This document shows, piece by piece, positions 24,332-32,973 of a stretch of 57,912 bases of DNA. Source of the stretch: a bacterium (lineage in GTDB: Bacteria > Patescibacteriota > Minisyncoccia > UBA6257 > 02-FULL-45-10c); contig JAUYKI010000008.1 of NCBI GenBank assembly GCA_030700025.1, forward strand, positions 1-57,912, in the 5' to 3' direction. Under the pieces are notes generated by a model that did no database searches, was not told the origin of the DNA, and saw only the letters and a program-made list of their open reading frames with translations. How positions within the stretch are numbered: position 1 is the first letter of the stretch; every line of letters begins with the position of its first letter. The position numbers were made by a program, and so were the translations under genes.

Positions 24332-24967
24332 ATGGAAAAGCTAACCGACATAAAACACCCCTGGAAACACCAGCAAATGGGCCAGAGGCCGCCCAGGGAA
24401 TCTATTTTTAAAAGATTTATAAAATGGTGCTGGAGTATCATAACCGCCCCCTTCCGGCTGATCTGGAGCTTAATCCGCGCTCTTTGGAATTTAATTACCC
24501 GCTTGCTTTCCGGCATTGTAACGGCAATCTCCGCGCTTTTCTCTAAATCAAAAAGCGGGGGATCGGCTATCGGGCGGGCCGTCAAAAACTTCGTAGCGTT
24601 CCTATGGCCGCGCAGCCAAGCCGGATGGATAATTTTACTTTTAACATTAGTTTTTTTGTGGCAAGTACTGACCTCTCTGGAATTTCCGTTGATTGATTCT
24701 AATAAATGGCAGGCGATAACCTTGAGCAATAACCAGGTTTATTTCGGCCGGCTCCAGGAAGTCAGCAATGAATACGCGACACTGAAAGATGTTTATTATC
24801 TCCAAGCGCCCTCCGGATCGCAAACCACCACTAATTTAGTAAAATTAAGCGAAAAAATCTACGGACCGGAAAATCAAATTTATATTCCAAAAGAACAAAT
24901 AGTCTTTTGGGAAAATCTCGGAGAAAATTCCCAAGTAATAAAAGCGATTGAACAGATTAGGAATTAG
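24332..24967 (+). CDS. Hypothetical membrane protein
   Basis: Several hydrophobic helices followed by an extracytoplasmic tail. The opposite-strand ORF 24298..24729 is judged spurious. Confidence 0.5.
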   Translation: MEKLTDIKHPWKHQQMGQRPPRESIFKRFIKWCWSIITAPFRLIWSLIRALWNLITRLLSGIVTAISALFSKSKSGGSAIGRAVKNFVAFLWPRSQAGWIILLLTLVFLWQVLTSLEFPLIDSNKWQAITLSNNQVYFGRLQEVSNEYATLKDVYYLQAPSGSQTTTNLVKLSEKIYGPENQIYIPKEQIVFWENLGENSQVIKAIEQIRN

Positions 24968-24979
24968 GAATTAGGAATT
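24956..24979. repeat. Heptanucleotide tandem array (ATTAGGA x3.5) at the convergent 3' ends of two genes
   Basis: ATTAGGA ATTAGGA ATTAGGA ATTT supplies the last codons and stops of both 24332..24967 (+) and fmt (-). Confidence 0.8.
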
Positions 24980-25835
24980 TATCTTGGTAGCCATTGAGAA
25001 AATCTTTCCAAGCCATCGGACTCTTGCCCTCCGGCTGAACCCTTTTTAATTCTAAATTCTCATTCTGAAAATCGGCCTCTAATAACTTAAGCTTAATTTC
25101 TTTTCCGTTTTTTAATTTTAGAATGGTGAAAACGCCCGGCTCTGGATTCAATGCCCGGATTTTCAACCAAACCTGCCGGGGCGGATCGTTTTTTAAATCC
25201 ACCAGCCCATCTGATAAAGAAAACTTTTTCGTAAAAGTGGCTTCGTTGTCATTTTGCGGCCGAGCTTTAATTTCGCCATTTAAAAACTTGGGCAAGGTTT
25301 CCACTAATAAGTTACCGCTTGATTCCGCTAGCTCTCTCATTAATTCTTCGTAACTTTGATTTTTGATTTTTGATTTTTGATTTTTTAAAATTGGCCCGTT
25401 ATCCACTTTTTCATCCATTAAATATAAAGAGGTTCCGGTTTCCGGCTCATCCTCCAGTATCGCGCTTTGAATAGGGGAAGCGCCGCGGTATTTCGGCAAA
25501 AGCGATGGGTGAACGCCGATTGTGCCCAACTTAGGAATGTCCAAAATATCTTTTTTAAGAATCTTAGAATAAGCGGCAACTATAAAAAAATCCGGTTTGT
25601 AATTTGTGATTTGTAATTTGTGATTTGCCAAAGTTTCTGGCTGTAAAACTTCAATATTATACTTTTCAGCCGTAACTTTGGCCGGCGGGGGAGTCATAAT
25701 CTTTTTTCGGCCGACCGGAGCGTCCGGAGAGCAAACTACCACTGCCGGAATAAAGCCCGCGGTGATTAATCTTTCTAAAATAATCTCCGCAAACTCCGGA
25801 GAACCAAAAAATACAAATCGTGGGTAATTGGTCAT
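24957..25835 (-). CDS. fmt: Methionyl-tRNA formyltransferase
   Basis: FFGSPEFA..IL..L.......VV..PD.P.GR......PP.K..A......V.QP, then HPSLLP.YRG..PIQ.AI. Confidence 0.85.
   Translation of the reverse strand: MTNYPRFVFFGSPEFAEIILERLITAGFIPAVVVCSPDAPVGRKKIMTPPPAKVTAEKYNIEVLQPETLANHKLQITNYKPDFFIVAAYSKILKKDILDIPKLGTIGVHPSLLPKYRGASPIQSAILEDEPETGTSLYLMDEKVDNGPILKNQKSKIKNQSYEELMRELAESSGNLLVETLPKFLNGEIKARPQNDNEATFTKKFSLSDGLVDLKNDPPRQVWLKIRALNPEPGVFTILKLKNGKEIKLKLLEADFQNENLELKRVQPEGKSPMAWKDFLNGYQDKFLIPNS
25355..25386. repeat. Heptanucleotide tandem array (unit GATTTTT, ~4 units) inside fmt
   Basis: TTTGATT x4, encoding KNQKSKIKNQ. Same unit as the gltX array at 35451. Confidence 0.85.
25596..25630. 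repeat. Heptanucleotide tandem array (TTTGTAA/TTTGTGA, 5 units) inside fmt
   Basis: TTTGTAA TTTGTGA TTTGTAA TTTGTGA TTTGCCA, encoding ANHKLQITNYKP. Confidence 0.85.
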
Positions 25836-26329
25836 TAGTTATTTGTTGCCTCGTGCTTCTTTACGTCCTTGCACCGGTCAATAAATAATTTGCCATTGAG
25901 ATGGTCCATTTCGTGCTGAAAAACCCGCGCTAACAGCCCCCAGGCCTTAATCTTTACCTTCTTATTATTTTGGTCCCAGCCGGTCAAAACTACCTTATCT
26001 GCCCGCTCTACCACTCCATAAGCAAGGGGAACGCTTAAACAACCCTCCTCCATAAGAACGGGGTCGCCGGACTCTTTAACCAGTTCCGGGTTAAAAATCG
26101 CGTAAAACTTCTTATCCGGTTGAGCCACGAACACTTTAAAATCCAGCCCGATCTGGTTGGCGCTTAATCCAATGCCGTTGGCTTTTTGCATGATTTCCCG
26201 CATTTTCTGAAGCAACTCCCGGATTTCTTTTTTGCTGTATTTGGCAAAATCAAACTTAACGGCCTTGCGCCTTAAAAACTTCTCTTCGCTTTTACTGTCA
26301 ATTGTCCAAAGATTCTCGTTAATAATCAT
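25835..26329 (-). CDS. def: Peptide deformylase
   Basis: GIGLSANQIG, EGCLSVP, HEMDHLNG. Confidence 0.9.
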   Translation of the reverse strand: MIINENLWTIDSKSEEKFLRRKAVKFDFAKYSKKEIRELLQKMREIMQKANGIGLSANQIGLDFKVFVAQPDKKFYAIFNPELVKESGDPVLMEEGCLSVPLAYGVVERADKVVLTGWDQNNKKVKIKAWGLLARVFQHEMDHLNGKLFIDRCKDVKKHEATNN

Positions 26330-26339
26330 CTTTGCTTTT

Positions 26340-26618
26340 TTAATTTTTTTTCTTCTTCAGCTCTTGAAGCATTCTCATAAAATAAGCGCCTTTGTTCTGG
26401 ATATTCGTCCGGTCAGCCAGGCCCTTTGCCAAAATAAGCAGCTTTTGAGCATCAAAAGATTTAGCTAGGCGCATATATAAAGACTTGTGCGACGGGTCGT
26501 TTAGAATTTCTGCCAGCATTAATCCAGTCATTTGATAAGGCTTATAAACGCGCGATTTCTTAGACCGCTCTTTCAAAAGTTCTAAGTATTTTTTGCTGTC
26601 TATTTTAAACTCTTCCAT
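26340..26618 (-). CDS. Hypothetical protein
   Basis: 92-aa basic helical protein. No motif recognised. Confidence 0.45.
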   Translation of the reverse strand: MEEFKIDSKKYLELLKERSKKSRVYKPYQMTGLMLAEILNDPSHKSLYMRLAKSFDAQKLLILAKGLADRTNIQNKGAYFMRMLQELKKKKN

Positions 26619-26675
26619 GCTTATAACTACTTAAGTTTATGTTATATTAAAAAGAAAGAAAAGAGATAAATATTT

Positions 26676-27245
26676 ATGAAAAAGGGGGCTCAAAGGCTTT
26701 TTATAGCCATTAATCTGCCTAACGACATTAAGAAAAAAATCGCGGAAGAAGTTGAAAAAATCCGGTATGAATTCTCCGGTGATATCCGCTTCTCCAATCC
26801 GGAAGACTGGTACATTACTTTAGTTTTCTTGGGAGACCAAAGCCGGGAGTTAATCGCCGACATTATTGATGCCGCCGAAAATACCGCGAATAATTTTCCC
26901 GCCCCAACCGTTCATTTGGAAAGCCTGACTTATGGGCCGTTGGGCAGAACGCCGAGAATGGTCTGGATCAATGGATCCGCGTCCGTTTCTAAAACATTGT
27001 CAGAAATCAAAAATTCTTTGGAGGACAACCTAGCCAATGCCGGAGTCAAGTTTAAGCAAGAATTTCGGGGATTTAAAGCTCATGTTACCTTAGCGAAATT
27101 TAACGCGGCCACCAGACAAGACTTGCCCGTAATTGAGAAAAAAATTGACTGGAAGTTTACCGCGGCTAGCGTTGACCTAATGGAGTCGCATCTCTCCAAA
27201 AATGAAGCGCCGTACGAAAAGCTGGCTGGCGCAGATTTCCTTTAG
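26676..27245 (+). CDS. 2H-phosphoesterase family protein (RNA 2',3'-cyclic phosphodiesterase ThpR/LigT-like)
   Basis: RLFIAINLP..., second HxT motif AHVTLAKF present. The first motif position reads WYITLVFLG (Tyr in place of His). Confidence 0.6.
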   Translation: MKKGAQRLFIAINLPNDIKKKIAEEVEKIRYEFSGDIRFSNPEDWYITLVFLGDQSRELIADIIDAAENTANNFPAPTVHLESLTYGPLGRTPRMVWINGSASVSKTLSEIKNSLEDNLANAGVKFKQEFRGFKAHVTLAKFNAATRQDLPVIEKKIDWKFTAASVDLMESHLSKNEAPYEKLAGADFL

Positions 27246-27264
27246 ATATTATTATTAAATAAAC

Positions 27265-28500
27265 ATGCTCAAGCTCAAACAACGCCTGCCGATAATCGCC
27301 ACAATTATTGCGGTTATTTTAGTTGGCGGGGGAGCTTATTACGCCGGCCTTGCTATTGGCGCCAGCCAATCGCGCGAGTTGATTATCCGAGGCGTCAGCG
27401 ACCTTGAGCCGGATCAGCAGATTTCCACTGACTTCAGCCTTTTCTGGGAAGCCTGGCAAAAACTAAAAGATAATCACATCCGGGGAGAACAGATTAAAGA
27501 CCAGGAGTTTCTTTACGGGGCGATCGCCGGCATTACCAATTCCCTAAAAGACCCCAACACCGTATTTTTTGAACCTGAAGACTCCAAAAAATTTGAAGAG
27601 GACGTAACCGGAAATTTTGGCGGCATTGGCGCCGAAATCGGAGTCCGCAACGAACAATTAGTTATTATCGCGCCCTTGGAAAACTCGCCGGCGGAAAAAG
27701 CCGGGTTGCTGGCTGGCGATAAAATCTTTGCCATTAATAATGAGGCGGCCGCAAAACTGGATGTAAACGAAGCAGTGAAAAAAATCCGCGGAGAAATTGG
27801 AACACAAGTTACCTTAACTATTGTAAGAAACGGGGAGGACAAACCGCGCGAAATCACCATTACCCGCGGAAAAATTGAAGTGCCAACCCTAAAACTCACT
27901 GTTAAAGAGGGGGGTATCGTTCACGTTCAATTATTCAGTTTTAATGAGAATGCGCCCTTTCTCTTCTACCGGGCAGCGCTTACCGCGCTTATGAGAAATG
28001 CCAACGGAATGGTGCTGGATTTGCGCAATAATCCGGGTGGATTTTTAGAAGTGGCGGTAAATCTGGCCGGCTGGTTCTTGGACAGGGGAGACATCGTAGC
28101 CATTGAAAAATTCCGAAGCGGAAAAGAAAATATTTTCCGGGCTAACGGCAATGGCGCTTTAAAGAAATTGCCTTTGGTAATTTTAATCAACAAGGGATCG
28201 GCGTCCGCGTCGGAAATTCTAGCTGGCGCCATCCGCGATAATAACGGGGTAAAATTAATCGGGGAAAAAAGCTTTGGAAAAGGAACGGTCCAGGAATTAT
28301 TTGACCTCAAGGATAATTCTAAGCTGAAAATAACAATCGCCAATTGGCTGATGCCCAAAGGCGAGACCATTGAACAAAACGGCCTTGCGCCGGACGTAGA
28401 AGTAAAAATAACCGAGGAAGATATTGAAGCTGAAAAAGACCCGCAATTGGAAAAAGCGCTGGAAATTTTGAAAGAAGAAATAAAAAAATACTCCGAATAA
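27265..28500 (+). CDS. ctp: S41 carboxy-terminal processing protease with PDZ domain
   Basis: GGIGAEIG, PDZ PAEKAGLLAGDKI, DLRNNPGG, LINKGSASASEILAGA. Confidence 0.85.
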   Translation: MLKLKQRLPIIATIIAVILVGGGAYYAGLAIGASQSRELIIRGVSDLEPDQQISTDFSLFWEAWQKLKDNHIRGEQIKDQEFLYGAIAGITNSLKDPNTVFFEPEDSKKFEEDVTGNFGGIGAEIGVRNEQLVIIAPLENSPAEKAGLLAGDKIFAINNEAAAKLDVNEAVKKIRGEIGTQVTLTIVRNGEDKPREITITRGKIEVPTLKLTVKEGGIVHVQLFSFNENAPFLFYRAALTALMRNANGMVLDLRNNPGGFLEVAVNLAGWFLDRGDIVAIEKFRSGKENIFRANGNGALKKLPLVILINKGSASASEILAGAIRDNNGVKLIGEKSFGKGTVQELFDLKDNSKLKITIANWLMPKGETIEQNGLAPDVEVKITEEDIEAEKDPQLEKALEILKEEIKKYSE

Positions 28501-28520
28501 CGGAGGATTTTTTATTTTAT

Positions 28521-28793
28521 TTATTGGATACTAACTACGGTGGCGTATCTTTGATTGCCGTCAAATCTTATTTTCTTAGTTTCTTTCATTCGGACCTTGC
28601 CGGTTTTCATGGCAAAAAGCGTGTCGTCTCCGCCTCGGCGGACATTTAAGCCCGGCAAATATTTCGTGCCTCTTTGGCGGATAATAATCTGGCCGATTGC
28701 CACAGCTTCACCGTGGTTTCTTTTAACGCCTAAGCGCTTAGAAGCCGACTCCCGAAGGTTTTTACTAGTACCCAGTGATTTTGTATGTGCCAT
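28521..28793 (-). CDS. rpmA: 50S ribosomal protein L27
   Basis: [42 protein letters not shown]...G.V. Confidence 0.9.
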   Translation of the reverse strand: MAHTKSLGTSKNLRESASKRLGVKRNHGEAVAIGQIIIRQRGTKYLPGLNVRRGGDDTLFAMKTGKVRMKETKKIRFDGNQRYATVVSIQ

Positions 28794-28822
28794 AAATCTA
28801 TTTAATTGATAACTTTTAACTA

Positions 28823-29008
28823 ATGACTATTAAGAGAAATAGTATTACAATTTGCCCTATGCTGTCAACTCTCAAAAACTGGTTTAAGAACCGCTCGGTT
28901 ATCCTATTTTTGCTCCTATTTTTGCTTTGTTCTCTTAGCTTCGGCTTGGGGTATCTTTTGGCCCAGGAGGGGGATCGGGCGCCGATTATAATAGAAACCA
29001 ACCCGTAA
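28823..29008 (+). CDS. Small membrane protein
   Basis: One TM helix ([21 protein letters not shown]). The start codon is uncertain. Confidence 0.4.
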   Translation: MTIKRNSITICPMLSTLKNWFKNRSVILFLLLFLLCSLSFGLGYLLAQEGDRAPIIIETNP

Positions 29009-29081
29009 CTTGTAATAAGCCCTATTTAAGAGTATTCTCTTAAAAGACGCGCCTTAAAAACTTCTATACGAGGAGGGTAAA

Positions 29082-29684
29082 ATGCTAAAAGGGTTGTTTT
29101 TATTTTGCGTGGTAGGGCCATTAATGGCAGAATTTTCCGGATATTTTTGGCACCGCTTTATTTCTCACGTGGGAATTTTTAGCTGGCTGCCAAACGACTT
29201 TTTAAGGCGCCGGCACTTTCACCATCATGAAGAATATCCACTGCATAAAATACGGGATATAAGCTATGTTACATCCTGCGACATCACTTTTATTATAGCC
29301 GGATTCTTAACCTGTTTAATAGCTTTTGGCCTGGTTTTATTAAAAGCGATAACTTTATTAAGTTTTCTTTTGATCATAGCCGGTGGAATACTTTTCGGAA
29401 TAGCCATTGGCATTGTCCATGACTCATACCACATTAAATATCTGGAGCTGACAAAGCGCTGGCGATGGTTGTTTAAATTCCAATGGTTTAGAAAATATTA
29501 CGTTTGGGCGAGGCGCTGTCACGATATGCACCATGTTGTAAACGCCAACTATTTCGTAATTATTCCCGTGGATTGGTTTTTTAGAACTTTGGTAACTAAA
29601 AAGCCGGAGGCGCATGACGAGCTATTTCCCCGCTTTGACCCCGCGTTGATTAGTTCCTGCAAAAAACCCATGATCCGGCGCTGA
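29082..29684 (+). CDS. Fatty-acid hydroxylase/sterol desaturase superfamily membrane protein
   Basis: Histidine boxes HRFISH, HFHHH, HDSYH and HDMHH in a polytopic membrane protein. Confidence 0.5.
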   Translation: MLKGLFLFCVVGPLMAEFSGYFWHRFISHVGIFSWLPNDFLRRRHFHHHEEYPLHKIRDISYVTSCDITFIIAGFLTCLIAFGLVLLKAITLLSFLLIIAGGILFGIAIGIVHDSYHIKYLELTKRWRWLFKFQWFRKYYVWARRCHDMHHVVNANYFVIIPVDWFFRTLVTKKPEAHDELFPRFDPALISSCKKPMIRR

Positions 29685-29771
29685 TTTAATTTCAGCGCTT
29701 TTTAATTTGACGGCTGTTAAAAAATAAATTATATTCTGGAGGCAGTAAACGAGCCTAAAAGGAGGCAGCAA

Positions 29772-29996
29772 ATGGGATGGTTCGGCGGAAAAGGGACAAA
29801 CGAGCCGGAAGAAAAGCCACAGCAGTGCCGGGTGAAAGTATTAAATAATGATGGGAGGGTGCTTTTTGAAAAAGTAGCGCCAAAGGATAATATAAATTGG
29901 GATGGGGATAGCAGATATATTGAAATTGAAACGGGGGATGGAAGAGAGACAAATATCATGACTGGGCAGTATTTGGTGGTTATGGAGGATTTGTAA
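29772..29996 (+). CDS. Hypothetical small protein
   Basis: AAAGGAGG Shine-Dalgarno 7 nt upstream of the ATG. No motif. Confidence 0.55.
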   Translation: MGWFGGKGTNEPEEKPQQCRVKVLNNDGRVLFEKVAPKDNINWDGDSRYIEIETGDGRETNIMTGQYLVVMEDL

Positions 29997-30161
29997 GTGT
30001 CTCAATTACAGTTAGAGATGTTGCGAGACGCTAGCGTCTCAGCTGGCGTTAATTCCATTCCGGCCTGGATTTCCATCCTTGTAGTAGCCGTATTCTTAAC
30101 TTGGGCAACTTGGTATCTGACCAGGAAACTGGACCAGGAAGCCCGCGATTCCAAACCATAA
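29997..30161 (+). CDS. Possible small single-TM protein (54 aa, GTG start abutting the preceding stop)
   Basis: IPAWISILVVAVFLTWATWYL TM helix. Below the ORF-track cutoff. Confidence 0.3.
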   Translation: MSQLQLEMLRDASVSAGVNSIPAWISILVVAVFLTWATWYLTRKLDQEARDSKP

Positions 30162-30250
30162 ATTAAGTCAGGGCTTGTTTTTTAGAAAAAATAGGTTAAA
30201 ATAGATACGCTCTTTCAAATGATGGTTGCGAGAAATGCGGGAGGGAAAGA

Positions 30251-30520
30251 ATGGAAGACGTACTGCGCGGGAGGATAATTCGGGAAGCTTATCATCTGGG
30301 AAAGAAATTCGTTATGAAGCTGGACGACGGAAGCGAAGTAGTAATTGAAGAAAAAGGCGGTCCTGGCCTGCATGATGAATGGGATAACTGGACTGATGTC
30401 TCGCACCAGAAAGATGGCAAGGTTTTATCCAGCTGGAGACTGAAAGATGGCCGAGGAGATTTACCCAAGCCGCCGGACAATATGGACGGTACCGGAAAAC
30501 ATTTTCCTTCCGAATTTTAA
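30251..30520 (+). CDS. Hypothetical small protein
   Basis: GGGAGGGA Shine-Dalgarno upstream. No motif. Confidence 0.5.
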   Translation: MEDVLRGRIIREAYHLGKKFVMKLDDGSEVVIEEKGGPGLHDEWDNWTDVSHQKDGKVLSSWRLKDGRGDLPKPPDNMDGTGKHFPSEF

Positions 30521-30624
30521 TATTATATAACCTCGCTATGCGGGGTTTTTTATTTTTCTCTTTTCCAACAACCCAACCAAGAAGAAGGTTGGGTTTTATA
30601 AATCTAAATAAAAATAAAAGTGAA

Positions 30625-30768
30625 GCCATGCCACCTCTCCGAAACCCCCGCAGGCATTTGAGCTTGGTCCGCCGTTATCTTTGCGGAGCAACCGGCGGTC
30701 AAATGCCGAGGACTAAGCGAAGTGAGCCGCAGGAGCGAACTGAGCGGGTTGAGGAGAGGTGGCATGGC
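30625..30768. repeat. 144-nt GC-rich long hairpin element related to the arms of the 21787 element
   Basis: 16-bp terminal inverted repeat GCCATGCCACCTCTCC / GGAGAGGTGGCATGGC. Inner stems are GGCATTTGA/TCAAATGCC and CCGCCG/CGGCGG. Shares GCCGAGGACT.AGCG..GAGCGGG motifs with 21810..21830. Confidence 0.7.
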
Positions 30769-30784
30769 TGAGCGAGATGAAATA

Positions 30785-31549
30785 TTAAGAAAGATATCCA
30801 ACTTTCTTCAGCCAGCCCTCATTTTCCCATTCCCATAATTTTTTAGCGCTAAGAAAAGCCGAAAAATCATTTTTCCAGTAGGGGAATTCCTGCAATTCAG
30901 TGGCTCCTTGCAAATCTGACCATTCATGCTGGTCTTCCGCGCACAAAGACATTCTTCCTTTGCGAATTTTATTATTTCCGCCCTTGGGCCGCATAGTGGC
31001 TCCGCAAATATAGCAATTTTTAACCTGGTCTATCCGCAAGATCCAACGAGTCTGCAAAGTAGGGAAGTCCGGCAAAAGAGCTTCCATATAAGCCGAGGTT
31101 TGAAGGTTATAGTCGCGATAGATGGCCTGGGAGGTCTTTATATCCATAACCCCGAATTTACCGTTAAAAAGCGCGATTAAATCCACCGTGCCGGCATAAC
31201 GATGGTCTTTATGATGCACCCGCCGTTCTACCAGCTCCTTATTCACCTGCAGGCTATTACTGCTCAAAAACAGCTCAAAGGCGTCTATGGAAGGCTTGAT
31301 GTCCGGAGCCACTTCCGGAGCTTCGCCTAAAAGAATCTTTTCTACGGCCTCATGGACTTTCGTGCCTTCGGTGGCAGAAAGTTTAGCAACATCTTGGGCA
31401 GCTTTATAACTTTTTGCCGCGCCATAAAACATATAAAGCGCGGGCTTGGCTTTTATTTCAACTATTTTTGTGACACGGGGATACCATTTGCCATCAATGT
31501 CATAACCGCATGATTCTTTAAAATTTTCTTCGCTGGTAAAAAAATTCAT
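30785..31549 (-). CDS. PD-(D/E)XK nuclease superfamily protein (Cas4/RecB-exonuclease-like core) with an inserted Cys-containing segment
   Basis: GTKVHEAVE, YAGTVDLIAL..GKFGVMDIKTS, QTSAYMEAL fit the D..D/ExK..QxxxY pattern. Confidence 0.55.
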   Translation of the reverse strand: MNFFTSEENFKESCGYDIDGKWYPRVTKIVEIKAKPALYMFYGAAKSYKAAQDVAKLSATEGTKVHEAVEKILLGEAPEVAPDIKPSIDAFELFLSSNSLQVNKELVERRVHHKDHRYAGTVDLIALFNGKFGVMDIKTSQAIYRDYNLQTSAYMEALLPDFPTLQTRWILRIDQVKNCYICGATMRPKGGNNKIRKGRMSLCAEDQHEWSDLQGATELQEFPYWKNDFSAFLSAKKLWEWENEGWLKKVGYLS

Positions 31550-31620
31550 TATTTTAGGATAAGTTCTAATAATGATAACTTAAAACAAATTAAAAAACAA
31601 AAGAGCGGTTTAACCCGCTC

Positions 31621-32439
31621 TTAATCAATCTTGTAAAGATTGTGCTCCTCAATAAGCTTTCGCAAATCTTCAACCGTCGCTGATATTTTTTTTTCGGAGG
31701 GCTCTTTCAATACGCATAATTTTTCTATAATACAGGGGATGATAGCCAAGGGAGAAAAAGACAGAGCAATCACTAAATTAGTGTAATGGAATTTAGTAGA
31801 GCTGAAAAAATCCGCGACAAAACTTAACAACACCAATCCCGCGCACGCGCTCATCCACCAAAAACCCAGGCTCAAAATCAGTAAAATCGGCTCGCGCCAC
31901 TGCGCAGAATACACATCGGACCAGAGAAACAATAAAATAAATATAGGAGCCTCAAGAAACATAATCCCAAGCTGGGAAGTTCCGCAATGAACAGACACAC
32001 TGGGCATACCGCGCAGATTTTCCGAAGTAGGGGACAGGCCTAATTCCAATAACATAATGCTTTTATGTTCGCAGGCGTGCCATTCGCGGACTTCGGTAGC
32101 TTTTCTAAATTCCCAGACGGTTATCAAAAAAGTTGCGATAAAAGAAAAGCCGAACGCTCCAATAGCCGACATGATTGCTACTCTCAGCAAATTACCAAAT
32201 GACCAGACGCATAAAACCGCGTAAGGAAGGGATAAAACCCAAAACAAGACTCTTATCTTTTTCAGATCGGGCTTACTAATCTTGTCTTCTTTATGTTCCG
32301 GATTATAAGATCGGGTATAAAATAAGCGGGATCGATTAACGGAATCGGTAAACTTCACTTCAAAGCCGGTAGAATTAGACAAGCCCTCGGCATTAATGAT
32401 TTTATCGGGCCAAAGCGACAGCCAAAGCGCTTTCAGCAT
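31621..32439 (-). CDS. Polytopic membrane protein, possibly DUF1385 (YqhQ-like)
   Basis: WHACEHKSI and SVHCGTSQL resemble the HGAEHK and HPRCGTSF motifs of DUF1385. Confidence 0.4.
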   Translation of the reverse strand: MLKALWLSLWPDKIINAEGLSNSTGFEVKFTDSVNRSRLFYTRSYNPEHKEDKISKPDLKKIRVLFWVLSLPYAVLCVWSFGNLLRVAIMSAIGAFGFSFIATFLITVWEFRKATEVREWHACEHKSIMLLELGLSPTSENLRGMPSVSVHCGTSQLGIMFLEAPIFILLFLWSDVYSAQWREPILLILSLGFWWMSACAGLVLLSFVADFFSSTKFHYTNLVIALSFSPLAIIPCIIEKLCVLKEPSEKKISATVEDLRKLIEEHNLYKID

Positions 32440-32645
32440 TACCGCCTCCTTTAGTTATTCTTTAGTTATGAATGAGCAAACTGGTACTAGAATAGCCAAA
32501 AATTAACGAGTAGTCAATCTGCGTTAGTAGGGAATACAGAAAACCAGCCCAACTTTCCCAAGCTTACCTGTCGCACATTATATCTTTTATGACACTTACC
32601 TATACGTATTCTAGATTCCAGATATTAGCTTCTAAATACTAATTT

Positions 32646-32906
32646 TTACCAATTCATTCTCGCTACAATATTCTTTAAAAATTCCACGGTAAAATCTATT
32701 ATGATCATTACATATTTGCCAAGCCAGGATAAAACCTCCTGCAATGGGCCGCCAAAGCTGACCCAAAACCAAAGCATCAATCCCCGCCCTAAACGGAAAA
32801 ATTGCTGCCCAAGGCGGATTAAATCATCTCCGGACTGCGGAATATAGACTGATAACTGCTTGGCAGTGCCAAAGAATAAATCAAATAATCGAAGAAGCCA
32901 GTCCAT
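32646..32906 (-). CDS. Small hypothetical membrane protein
   Basis: 86 aa with hydrophobic segments. Confidence 0.4.
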   Translation of the reverse strand: MDWLLRLFDLFFGTAKQLSVYIPQSGDDLIRLGQQFFRLGRGLMLWFWVSFGGPLQEVLSWLGKYVMIIIDFTVEFLKNIVARMNW

Positions 32907-32930
32907 ACTTTAAGTATACTAGATACTTAG

Positions 32931-32972
32931 CCACTAGCCACTAGCCACTAGTCACTAGTCACTAGTCGCTAA
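32931..32972. repeat. Intergenic heptanucleotide tandem array (CCACTAG x3, TCACTAG x2, TCGCTAA)
   Basis: Read directly. Six consecutive 7-nt units. Confidence 0.9.
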
Positions 32973-32973
32973 A

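Noticed and set aside
24298-24729. 143-aa minus-strand ORF opposite the 24332..24967 membrane-protein ORF
   Set aside because: It would have to be co-transcribed directly upstream of sod with no ribosome-binding site. The plus-strand ORF has clear TM helices and a sensible end at the convergent junction. Some uncertainty remains.
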